This document shows positions 39,127-50,417 of a stretch of DNA of 64,000 nucleotides, piece by piece (the first letter of the stretch is position 1; the number at the start of each line of letters is the position of its first letter). The stretch covers positions 868,001 through 932,000 of the forward strand of contig NC_043001.1 of assembly GCF_006345805.1 (NCBI RefSeq), written 5' to 3'. Under the pieces are notes generated by a model that saw only the letters and a program-made list of their open reading frames with translations, was not told where the DNA came from and did no database searches. Both the position numbers and the translations under genes were made by a program. The stretch is from Octopus sinensis. Taxonomy: Eukaryota.

Positions 39127-39629
39127 TTTAATCACCGTATTTTGAAATTGAATGGATAATACCGTACTAAATTCTGGTGCCTCAACTTAAGTACCATATT
39201 CATCAGAATCTTTCTCTCTCTCTATGTATATACAGGTACTTTTGTATGTATGTGTGTGTATGTTTGCATCTCCTTCTCTTGAAATCATGTAAAAATTGTA
39301 AATGAGTATCCCTGTTATATAAGCTGTGATGTTCACTTCTGAAATTCTTCAAATACACATCTAGCCATCAGGAAATATCTTGCTTGGAAACATGAGTGGG
39401 CTGGTGACAGGAAGGGCATCTAGTCATAGAAAATTTGCATCAGTTAATTCCATCACAGTAATGCATGTGGGGGAAAATGGACATTAAAATGATAATGATT
39501 TTTGAATTTACAGACCAGCTTTTATAAAGTTTCCCTTTCCCTAAGGTGACTGAATCAGAGAGATGGAAGCTGAAGACTTTATGATTGCAAAGTTCACATC
39601 TTAATCATTCCGCCTTATTGCCCTTATAA

Positions 39630-39840
39630 CATTGGTTTCAAATATTGGCACAAGGCTAGCAAGTTTGGGGGTGAAGTGAAGTTGATTATATCGACCCCAA
39701 TGTTCAACTGGTACTTATTTTATCGATCCCAAAAGGATGAAAGGCAAAGTTGTCCTCAGCAACATTTGAATGCAAAAACAGATGGAATGCCACTGGCATT
39801 CTAACGATTCTGCCAGCGTGATGCCTAGTGCCCCTATAAT
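39630..39840 (-). mobile_element. SINE family B, reverse orientation
   Basis: Sequence atcgaccccaatgttcaactggtacttattttatcgatcccaaaaggatgaaaggcaaagttg...cattctaacgattctgccagc. Confidence 0.75.
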
Positions 39841-40698
39841 ATTACACCGTGTATTTATTCTCTTAACATTTATTGGAATAGTGATTTTGCTGTTCAGTGT
39901 CCTTCAGCCCTTATACCAAGGAAACAGTATTGGAATTATGGATGTAAAAGTTGACATTTTAACCAATCATTCTATGTCATGTTGAAGAGATATGAGAGAC
40001 ATTGGAATCCTTGTTGGTTTACATCAAAGGAGCTGCCACGTCAAAAGATATCCCAATAAGTGGGTAGGGGTGGGGTGAATATTGAGTAGCTGAGATGATC
40101 TTAAGGCAGATTTATTTATCAAAGTATTAAAATAATCAAACACTGATGATCAATTGTTAATAAAAATTCCATTAAGAGTTTCTTTAATATTGTAGATTAC
40201 AATTGAGAAGACAAATGTGCCACTGAAGTTGGCAGAAGAAGAATTCTCTCTAAAAGAAGCTCTGGCCAACAGTTAAAGATTGGTAAAATTAAATTATAAC
40301 CTTCATGTCTATGAGTAATAGAAATGGAAATATAAAGAAGAATTATTAGAACAACTGGCTTCTAATTAAGCATCAAATAAAATGCTTTAATGAGTTAGTG
40401 AAAGGGGGAAGAGTACTAACCCTGTCATTTTTGCCAAGACACCAAAACTAATGCAAGAATGAAGAAGAATGAAACCACTTAGCCATGGTTTATTCTCTGA
40501 TTGGAGATCTGATCTGAAATTTTAGAACAGTGTTGATTCCATTAATGGCACCAACCAGGTGCTGGCCAGGTGGTTGTGTTTCGTCAAGTTTAAGTCTGTC
40601 ACCCAAGGAAACATACAGTCAGTTTTACCAAATTGCATTGGTAAGGTACTGGCCAACCCAGAGCCATGTAGTGATACTAAATCTGGAACCACGTGGTT

Positions 40699-40735
<37 letters not shown>

Positions 40736-42700
40736 CATCATCATTATCATTTACATCTATTTTCACTTGTCAGTACTTGAGCAAAATGGTGATGTCGACT
40801 TTCCTTGTTGATAACATGTATTGTTGCTTTGTACATTCAGAATCCTCTGGAATAAACAATCCCTTACGTGAAAACAGATAATAATAGTTGGCGACAGGAA
40901 GGACCTCCAGCTGTAAAATGCTGCCTCAAATATGTCTCTGTTTAACCCATACCAACAAAGAAAAACAAATGTAAGATTAATAAACAATTACAGATGCTGA
41001 ATAGCTGCAAGGAAAAAAGCAAAACAAAATGGAACTCTTTAAATGAAATTTCTAGTGATATTTGTTCTGCAATCAGTTACAGATGCTCCCTTGATATGCT
41101 CACTGTTATAAAAACAGTGACCTAAATTATTACCCTACTGAATATCTGTAACCAAAAGCACTGTTGTTCAGTAATTGTGATACGAAATACAAGTGAAAAC
41201 AGGTTGTTTTGTCAGTGAAACCTACAAACGTTATTCACCTTGTTCATAAAAAACTAGTGATTTTAGTTATTTCAACCTACAACATTTTAGGATAAATATT
41301 TTTCATAATCAAATAAAATCAAAGAAAATTATATCAACAAATACATTTGATCAAAGCTTGAATTAAGACAGAATACATTTACTGAATATCATAAAAAAAA
41401 AAAAAATGATGTTGAGAAACATTTTACTAAATCCCATTCTTGGTAAAATGGCAAAGAAATTTAAAATGTTTAAAGCTCTCTAAACATTTATTTGATTAGC
41501 TAAATATTGTGGAAGACAGGAATACATTTAAGAGGCTTTGGAAAGAGGTTTGTAGATGTCTTCATAGCAGTGATACAGTGATAAATGAAATGGAAGAAAA
41601 ACAAGAAGAGGAAAACTGAAGAATTATTGGAATCCAAAGAAGGAAGCCAAAGAAGTAATTATGCTGGCAGGAGAAGAAATATTTTGCAAAGACAGTAACA
41701 AAGGAATGATGTAAAGTTCCATGACAATTAAAACCAATTTAAGAAGAAAAATGAGTGTAGATTATACTGAGCTGAATATAAATCAAAATTAAGGAACGGA
41801 AATAAGAGAAAAAAAGGCAACTGGGGCTTTTAGATTGTTTAGAAGAACCATTCAACAAATAACAGAGTTGGATAGACGTGTATTGAAAGTTAACCCCTGA
41901 AGAAGAAAAATTACAAAAAAAAAAGTGGTGGTGGGGGGAGTTGCAATGGTATAGATAAGTATGGAGTGAAAATAGTTATGTAAAATTTTGAATGAAGATA
42001 GAATGTAGAGATAGGGGATAAAATGAATGATAGAATGTGAGAGAGAAGAGAAAGAATAGACAGCGAAGGAGAGATTGCCAGTTGCCAAAACATGAGGATA
42101 TTAGGAAGGATTAATGAGGAATGAAGAAATAGCAGAGGAAAGAATTATGAGATGAGAGAGAGCGAGGAGAAGGTGTGTGTGTGTGTGTGAGATGCATATA
42201 AATTAATGAATGCAGAGTTAGAAATGCAATAAAGTAGCCTTAAAGTACAGCAATGTAAGTTCACCATTGGCACTTGAATGGAGACCTGCAGGTGAACCGT
42301 CCAATTAGCAAGAAAAAGTATGATCCCGCCCTTTAACTTGTGAATGTCTTGAGATACAAGTGAGAGCTGGAGAAAGTTGGTCTGAAACAGTGCATTAAAT
42401 TGACCAAACAGCGGCTATAAAAATCAAAATATATCATTCAATGCATTACTTCTGAAGAGAGCATTTGATCAACGAGCTGTTAAAATATAAATGACAAAGT
42501 TACAGTGTGAAGTGGAGGGGGGGGGAACATGGATAAGATTAAAGCTGTGAACTTTGATCTTTAATCTTGCAGCTGCTGTCATCACTGTCATCATTTGCAT
42601 CATGATTGATTTCCTTCATGCTCACCCTGTTGGCTAAAATGGAATGTGTTTACAGAATACACACACACACATACACAAAACTGTAAACATACACGCATAG

Positions 42701-42731
<31 letters not shown>

Positions 42732-42936
42732 GTAGCTGAATGTATTGAGTGTTAAGCTCCTGGCTGAAGGTTCAGGGTTTTATTTTCTGGCACCATAGTT
42801 GCTTCAGTGTTTATTTAAAAGCCTTCAATTTCAGGTTCAATACTTGTGAGTGACTTAGTCTAGTTGGTCATCAATGGATCCATTGACTTCTTGGACTCTT
42901 AATAGTTGACTATTCCCAAGATATTTGTGTCCTAAA

Positions 42937-43152
42937 CCCTTTAGCATTTAAAACCAGTCCAATCCAGCCCAAGTGTTCAACCTGTTTTATATTCAAACCA
43001 TCCAAACCTGGCCTCTCACCCCTGACCTACAATGTCATTGAAAAAATAAAAAATTACATCTTTGAAATCTCAAAACTATGAGATAATGGATGATTAATTC
43101 AAAATATTGTAAATGAATGAGCATTTGACAGAGTAAGCTGAATGCTCAAGCG
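42937..43152 (+). mobile_element. piggyBac-like MITE (degenerate right end)
   Basis: Starts ccctttagcatttaaa. The interior is homologous to 57616-57798. Confidence 0.5.
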
Positions 43153-43629
43153 CCAAAGGTCACTGACAGGCAGAATTAACATGATGTGACACTTGTAATA
43201 ATTCTGCTCCACTGAATTATAGGTACTGTCCAACTGATGGTTAAATTATGGGTTTTGACAACCGGAAATGATGAATGAACTAAGCAGTTTCGCCTCTCTT
43301 AACAGTCTCATCAAGAATCACATCTCAGATTGCCAGAATAAACTAATGTACAACTCCTTCAAAACAACATTATACCAGGTATATACAGCCAGCTATCACC
43401 TGTGAATGAATATGGTTTGCTAACATGCATCAGGTAATGTAAAAGATCCAACAACCAAAAAGTACAAAGGACAATTTCATGGTATCAGTGACTACAGAAT
43501 CAGTAGAGTGAGCCATATAAGGAAAACAATGTATGTGGAGCCATATCTAGGTGAGGTTTATTAATCCCTGTACCCAGCTGAATCCACGGCCTTCACAGAT
43601 GTTGTAAAAGCAATGAGTTCTTGAACCAT

Positions 43630-43900
43630 GAGTATACAAACTCATTGAGACGAAATTTTAAAAATAATGTGCAAGAAAATCCAAGAGAATTGGCATTCTG
43701 GGAGAGAAGAATTGGATATAACGATTGGAGTTGGACTTGAGGTGTAAGAATGAGAATTTAGTAAGGGTGATGAAACATGGAAGAGAGCTGTGATCGAGGA
43801 GTGCCAGGGTTGAAGCGGTGATGGATTAGCCAGCTCTAAGAGACAGAAACCAATACAATAGACTAAGAAGACAACATGACAAGAGATGAAAGCCTGGAAT
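43630..43900 (-). mobile_element. possible CR1/Jockey-group LINE 3' remnant
   Basis: The minus frame VFLVYCIGFCLLELANPSP...SHSYT loosely matches the FYRY....CS.ELAN..P...HPY pattern of these 3' ends. Confidence 0.3.
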
Positions 43901-44874
43901 GTTATTAGGAATGACTTGATATCATTCATTTAAATAAAGTCAAATCAAACAAGTTCAATAAAAATTATGCATTATTGCAAAGCTTAAATATAATTGATAA
44001 TGAATATTTGCAGTAAAATAGCCAAGTTGTAAAAGCCAAAAAATGGAAGGTTTCTTTAGAATGTCCCTTTGAAGATATTTCATTATCAATTCTATTTATA
44101 AGACATATTCTGTATTTAACTTTAAAAATTGAGATGTTTTGGTTTGCATACTCAATAATATGACTAAAGTATGAAATTTAAGAAGAATTAAAGGAAGCCA
44201 AATATTTCACGTACCCTACAGTATGTAAATGGTGTCATATATGTTGCCACAGCCATCATCATCATATGTATGCTTAACGATGGTGATGATGAGGATAATT
44301 AAGATATCATCATCATCATCAGTCAACATCCATTTTCCAAGCTGGCATGAGTTTGACAGGACAAGCTACAGAATCACATTGAGCACCAATGTTTACTTCA
44401 GTGCTCACTGAAAAATGGTTGGCATTTTTCAGTGAGCACTGAGTGCCTTCTTATGTGGCACCAGCATCAGTGAGGTCACCAAGTAACTTGCAAGAGAGAA
44501 AAAAAGGGGCAGCAAAAGAGAAAAAACTGTCCTCAACTATGTGTATGTGTGAGTGTGGGATGGATGGTAGTAATATTTGAGAGGGGTTGGGGGTGATGAC
44601 ATGCCAGAGCATACGCACACACACACAACACCACCAATAAGACATGGTTGGGAAACAAACAAACCAGCAGACAGCCACGCTGGCTGTGGAAAATAATATT
44701 TGAAATGGTTTGTGATTTCTTTGTAAAGTTAGAGAAAAACTTCTGGTAATTAGTTCAAAGTAAACGAGATAAAGATTAAAATGGCTCTGCATTGGTCACG
44801 ATGCTTGTTTATTATGACTGACCAATAATGATGAGACGGGGAGGGGAGGAAATATTGTATTTTGGAGTTTGTCT

Positions 44875-45150
44875 CACACACACACAAAGACTCAAAGCTA
44901 CACATACAAAAAGCTGTCACTCGAAAGGAAACACACAGACACATGCAATCAATTACACACACTCACACACACACAAAGACTCAAAGCTACACATACAAAA
45001 AGCTGTCACTCGAAAGGAAACACACAGACACATGCAATCAATTACACACACTCACACACACACAAAGACTCAAAGCTACACATACAAAAAGCTGTCACTC
45101 GAAAGGAAACACACAGACACATGCAATCAATTACACACACTCACACACAC
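44875..45150. repeat. 89-bp tandem repeat, 3 near-identical copies
   Basis: The motif aaagactcaaagctacacatacaaaaagctgtcactcgaaagg starts at 44886, 44975 and 45064. Confidence 0.95.
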
Positions 45151-45280
45151 ACACACATGTATGCATATTCAGGTTGCATTCCTGAAGACTCACAGACTTT
45201 AGATTGTTTCAAAGAATAAAACACAAATCTGTCTGACAGGTAAAGCTTTCAGTGAAGATTATTTTAACAACTATATATGC

Positions 45281-45321
<41 letters not shown>

Positions 45322-46483
45322 TGTGTGCATGTGTAAGTGTGTGTGTATACATGTATGCATGCATATATATATATATATGCACAAATAACAAATACACTCA
45401 TTGTGTGTATACACGCACACACTACTCATGTACAGACAATTGCATACATGCATATATGTATGTGTACACACACACTCACAGACACAAATATATATGCACA
45501 CATACATTCCAATTATGAACATATATACACACACATACACATATACCCCCCCCACACACACACTTATATGCACACGTTGCAGTATGTCTATATCGAATGG
45601 TTTTATGTGCAAATCCCATTCAGGTTTAAAGGACATATTTTCTGGGAAATATGTACGGCTGGCGTTGTGGTGGTCATGGTTGATGTTTAGGAATTAACCA
45701 AGATCAAATGGGGCTATGATCAGAGTTGTTATGGATGTGGCCACTCAACCAATTCCTGCTGTGTGTTTTCTTTATCCTATAACGTCCACTTTTTATAGCT
45801 TGTATGGGTCAGGTGGTTGTTGTGTTGAGGCAGATTTTCTACAGTTGGATGTCACCAACCTTCACCGGTTTCTAAGCAAGATGAAGCTTATTTACAACCG
45901 TCATGTTATGTGGAAGCAAGGCTACACACAAACACACACAGATTGACAGATGGATAGATAATTGAATAGTAGTGTGTGTGTGTGTGTATGTCTGTGTGCA
46001 TGTATATTGTGTGTGTGACTGCCTGTGTCTATGTTTACATTTATTCCTCTCTAAAATAACCAATATTTCTTATGCTGTGCCCCTTTATGTCTCAGAACTT
46101 AGCAGTTCAGCAACCTGAGATTGCTAAAATAAGTTGCTGACTGAAATATGTACTGCTTGTGCTGGTGGGGTCTTCATGCTTGGCTGAATCATTCATAGAC
46201 GATGGGGTCGCAACAACTGAAACCATTAAAAGAGAATACAACAATGGTCGTATGTAGAAGAGAAACCTAATTTAAATATGCACCAACTCCCCTCAACACA
46301 CACATGTATGTAGAAAGATTCACACTCCACATACACATACATACACACACACACGTGCATACCTTCATACATACATACACTCCCACACACGTACATAAAA
46401 AGATTCACACTCCACACACGTACATACACACACACGCACATGTACATGCATACATACACCCTCACACACTTACATACATACAT

Positions 46484-46523
<40 letters not shown>

Positions 46524-46605
46524 CAAGCTGTCAAGAATTTCGCTGCTGTTCTTGATAAGTGATTCTCTGGTGTCTCCAATTAAGTAACTTCAACATGTTA
46601 CTTAC

Positions 46606-46665
46606 CAATCTTGTGAAGACTCCAAGAGTTCTTTAATATATTGAGGTAGTTTATTCAGTGATACA
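46606..46665 (-). CDS. candidate 60-nt internal exon, product unknown
   Basis: Acceptor ttccgtattcag| and donor TG|gtaagt. One frame is open, (x)VSLNKLPQYIKELLESSQD(x), and it is frame-preserving. Confidence 0.25.
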
Positions 46666-46790
46666 CTGAATACGGAAATGTTGACAACAACATTAATTGT
46701 ATCTCATTAATGATAATGCTTTCTATATTGACCCCGCCCACTCTGGGTCCATACATATATGGAACGTGATAATAAAGGAGAAATGATTCT

Positions 46791-46833
<43 letters not shown>

Positions 46834-46877
46834 GTATTTTTTATACAAAATAAAGAGAAATAACTATGGGCATCTGC

Positions 46878-46993
46878 TGCAAAGGTAGCGTAAGGGTACC
46901 CAATGATTCTGAATAAGGGTACTCCATGACCCTGAATAAAGGTACCCCATAACTCTGAATAGGGGTAACCCATGGCTCTGACTACCTTTTGCA
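46878..46993. repeat. 4 x 23-bp minisatellite enclosed by 11-12-bp inverted repeats
   Basis: Unit ~AGGGTACCCCATGACTCTGAATA with gggt anchors at 46894, 46917, 46940 and 46963. Flanks are tgcaaaggtag (46878-88) and ctaccttttgca (46982-93). Confidence 0.8.
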
Positions 46994-47503
46994 CCAATGA
47001 CTTTATCTAAAATGAGTTCTGCGAAATATCATAAACATTTTCAGTTGTAGTTGATTTATGACAGAACCAGCCCCTCTTTAAATCATGTGTCCCCTTTACC
47101 TGTTGATAGACCATGGATGGCACCCTCATTGCCTTGTATTTGTCCCCTCTCCAATTAACACATTATTTACTTCTTTGTCTTTTAGGGATTTCATTAGAGT
47201 AAATAAAGTAAGGTCTTCCTTTTGCATCATTTTATCATTTTAAAGTTCAAACACTTTGTGGTTGTGGTGGTGAGAGATTCTTTTCAGAGACTTCTTTGCC
47301 TTCTCTCTCTCAACTCACACATTTTGGGCCCCTTTTCTTTTTTCTTTTTCTCCTTGTTTCCAACTTTTCTCTTGTAGCCAGTTCCTCTCCATCACTACAG
47401 GACAATGGAATGATTTTGTTATTCATAACTTCTTGCAGCTTCTGTATCGAAGATCTTTGGCCACAGATGCCAATGTCACTAAGGATGAGTCAGTAACACT
47501 TAC

Positions 47504-47677
47504 TTTCCATCCAGGTATTCATCTTACAGCTTCCAAAGGGAACACTATGGAAACAGCAGCAGCAGCAGCCATTGTCTTGCTCTTGTTGTTGCTGTTGCTT
47601 CCTTCCTCTGCTGTTGTTTCTTTCATGACTGGCAATTCTGCTTACAGCATTGCTTTCAGAAAGCTTTTCTCTGTTCC
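47504..47677 (-). CDS. candidate 174-nt exon encoding polyQ and a Cys5 string, product unknown
   Basis: Acceptor tttatcctccattcag| and donor GAAA|gtaagt. Open frame: NREKLSESNAVSRIASHERNNSRGRKQQQQQEQDNGCCCCCFHSVPFGSCKMNTWME, phase 1-1. It partly consists of CAG/CAA repeats, so it could be chance. Confidence 0.3.
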
Positions 47678-47779
47678 CTGAATGGAGGATAAATTTGGAG
47701 TTACCATGTGGTATTCAGAGGTCATCAGGATACATTTTCCTTTCCAAGTGAAAAAGCTGATGAGGGCTTGACCAAAGAA

Positions 47780-47990
47780 GGTGTATGTTAATAATAATAA
47801 TTCTTTCTGATGTAGGTAGAAGGCCACCATTTTGTTGACCCCTGTATTTGATTGGTATTTTATTTTATTGATCCTGGAAGGATGAAAAACAAAGTTGACT
47901 TTGACGAGATTTAAACTCAAGCATAAAATTCCAGAACAAATATTGCTCAATAGTTTGCCTGATAATCTCAAGATTTTGCTAATCCATTGT
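47780..47990 (-). mobile_element. SINE family B, reverse orientation
   Basis: Sequence ttgacccctgtatttgattggtattttattttattgatcctggaaggatgaaaaacaaagttgac...gagatttaaactca. Confidence 0.6.
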
Positions 47991-48271
47991 AAAAAATTTC
48001 TACACAGCTAAAGTAGATTATATAGCAGTAAATGAATTCTGAATAAGCAGAACTAGGATTGAAAATATTCCAACCATGCCCATCATGTCTATTCGAATAT
48101 GGTTTATCTCTATCAGCATTATCCAATATGGCTTTCCAGCTTTTCTTTTTATTTTTTAAATGATAGGATATGATTTAAGGGAGATTTCACTGCTATTTCT
48201 AACAAGTTGAACTACCACTCAGAGGAGCCTTAATTAGCATTTTGAAAACGTGACTGTTGTTGTTTTTGTGG

Positions 48272-48306
<35 letters not shown>

Positions 48307-48312
48307 GTTATT

Positions 48313-48750
48313 GAGGAGAGGGCAGTCCCTGCCATCAAAGTGACACTGGGGTACAAATATAAGTAGCCCAATTTATCCACCACGACTACCCGTCTGATAA
48401 GGGTACACCAGGCACATGCATCACCATCGTATGTGCATAATGTGGTGATCTCATATCAAGATAAGTTAGAATTTTCTTCAGGTCAAATAGCCCATCCAAC
48501 TCAAAAAGGTACCTAAATAGGGGTTGTTTAAGGATGTTGAACGAAATACCCTTGTTTCCAGAAGTGAATTATTCAAACCCCAGATCATTCCTCTCAACAC
48601 ATGCCTATGATGCTCCCCCTGTACTTCTGCTCATGATCAGAGATGCACATATTATCAGCCACTAAGGGACATGCTCAACTGGTTAAGGTCAAACAACTGA
48701 CAAGCAAATCTGTGGTATTGAGCAGAATATTTACTGGAGTTCATCTTTTA

Positions 48751-48803
<53 letters not shown>

Positions 48804-48950
48804 GTTTGACTTTTGCTTTGTATTTGTACAAGTTCGTTCCAAGTCTCCCTTAGAGACCCCAAGAGACAACAAGTTAGAAGTTCAAGTTAGTGTTATGCCT
48901 AGGATGTCATATATTTGGTTTTGCACATAGTATTGTTCTAGAGTATGTTT
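48313..48950. mobile_element. unclassified repeat segments embedded between (TTA)n tracts (probable LINE UTR or non-autonomous element)
   Basis: Two complex-sequence blocks (48313-48745, 48802-48950) are each bounded by (TTA)n runs at 48276-48312, 48750-48800 and 48950-48975. I recognised no ORF. The class is inferred from context only. Confidence 0.35.
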
Positions 48951-49463
48951 ATTATTATTATTAGTATTATTATTATCAAGATTGCTACATTTATTTAACC
49001 CTAGGTCAATCCTGGTTGAACAAACCTATGATCAAAGGTATGTAGAAGTTCCCTCATTGGTTTTTCAACTGCAGTCAATTAATGGTGCAGCAGAATATGG
49101 AATGATGAAATTCGATCTAAGCAAGTTTTAAACACAGAAACCCTCTTAAACCAACTTGAATACAACAAGCCTAGTGTGCGTGTGTGTGTGTGCATGTGTC
49201 CGTGTGTGTGTGTCCGTGTGTGTGTTGTTTCTTCATTTATAGCAATGCAGTGCAATGATTGCCAATGTAAACAAGAATGGAAATAATAAAGATGCAAAAA
49301 AAGGAGCAAAAACAGAAAAAAGTCAGAAACTCATAAAGCCAAACTGTAATGGATTAAACTTTACACAGAGAGGAGGACAAAAAACAAAGAACAAAATGAA
49401 ACACTGCTACCAAGAACAAGAATAAAAACCATTTATCTTTACAAAATATTTCTATATCAATAC

Positions 49464-49501
<38 letters not shown>

Positions 49502-50224
49502 ATACACATACACGTTGTGTAAGTGAAATTGCCAATCAAATACAATCAACTTTTGTATGAATAAAGTTTGTAAATAATGCAAGGATATAAAAGTGTATTT
49601 TTTCAAGGATAAGTATGGTTGATCGATTTAACCATAGCATATTACTGGTATTTATTTTATTACCCCCTTCCTACCCTGGATGAACAAACAAACATATTGT
49701 GTTTGGAGAATGGGTAAAGGGTGTGTCGATAGATGTGAGATATGAAGTAAGAATGGCTTACAGCTGTAAACATTCCCACCCAGCGATTGGTCAATAAAGT
49801 TTGGAAGAACAACAAATGAGTTACTATTTACAGGTTTTGGCTGTCAGATTGTAAACAGACGAAATCTGCTCTCCTCTACACAGGAAAATAAAATGATGGC
49901 AAAAGAAAGATAAAATAAAAGAAGCTAAGGATATTGAAGTGCTAACAGAACAGGAGGAACAGGATAACTTTAATTAATCAAGGCTGTATGCATATGGAGG
50001 AGAGGTAAACATTGTTGAATAATGATCAATTCAACCAAACAATAACAAAGGGAGATAACTCAATATAACAAGATGAATATTTTTAAATACCTTTTGGGTA
50101 TTTAAGGATATTTTGATTAACAAATGGTGTAATGGTTCAAACTTTGCTTCACAATATCTTGGGTTATTTACATTATTTACGTCATTTACATTTGACAGAT
50201 TTTTGTCTTCATCTTGTTTGTTGT

Positions 50225-50266
50225 TAACACAATGTTTCAGCTGATATGTGGCCTTCATCAGGTTCC
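50225..50266 (-). ncRNA. minimal hammerhead-ribozyme core of the Penelope terminal repeat (degenerate)
   Basis: The minus strand reads ggaac-CTGATGA-aggccacatatcagct-GAAA-cat-t-gtgtt. Stem I is ggaac/gtgtt (4 of 5 pairs, including wobbles). Stem III ACAT would be the palindrome ACGT if one CpG-type G>A change is reversed. Confidence 0.5.
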
Positions 50267-50344
50267 TTGGGGAAATTTCAAACCTGGGTTCTCATTCCTA
50301 AGGTAATTTTCAATGTTATTATTATTATTATTATTATTATTTCA

Positions 50345-50417
50345 GGTCACTGCCTGGAATCAAACTTGGAATCTTGGGGTTAGCAGCCCACGCTCTTAAC
50401 CACTATGGAATATGCCC
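50345..50417 (-). other. tRNA-like Pol III promoter segment inside the Penelope 3' region (not a functional tRNA)
   Basis: Sequence gggcatattccatagtggttaagagcgtgggctgctaaccccaagattccaagtttgattccaggcagtgacc. It has an A-box-like catagtggttaag, a B-box-like gtttgattcc and an anticodon-like loop CT-GCT-AA. The stems are imperfect. Confidence 0.65.

Noticed and set aside
46891-46982. CRISPR-like array
   Set aside because: The repeats are contiguous with no unique spacers, there are no cas genes, and the context is eukaryotic.
47433-47681. Plus-strand ORF with a signal-peptide-like METAAAAAIVLLLLLLLL
   Set aside because: The hydrophobic run comes from CAG/TTG repeats, and the splice signals favour the minus strand.
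50345-50417. Functional tRNA-Ser(GCT) gene
   Set aside because: There is no long variable arm, the acceptor, anticodon and T stems are mispaired, and it is embedded in a retroelement.
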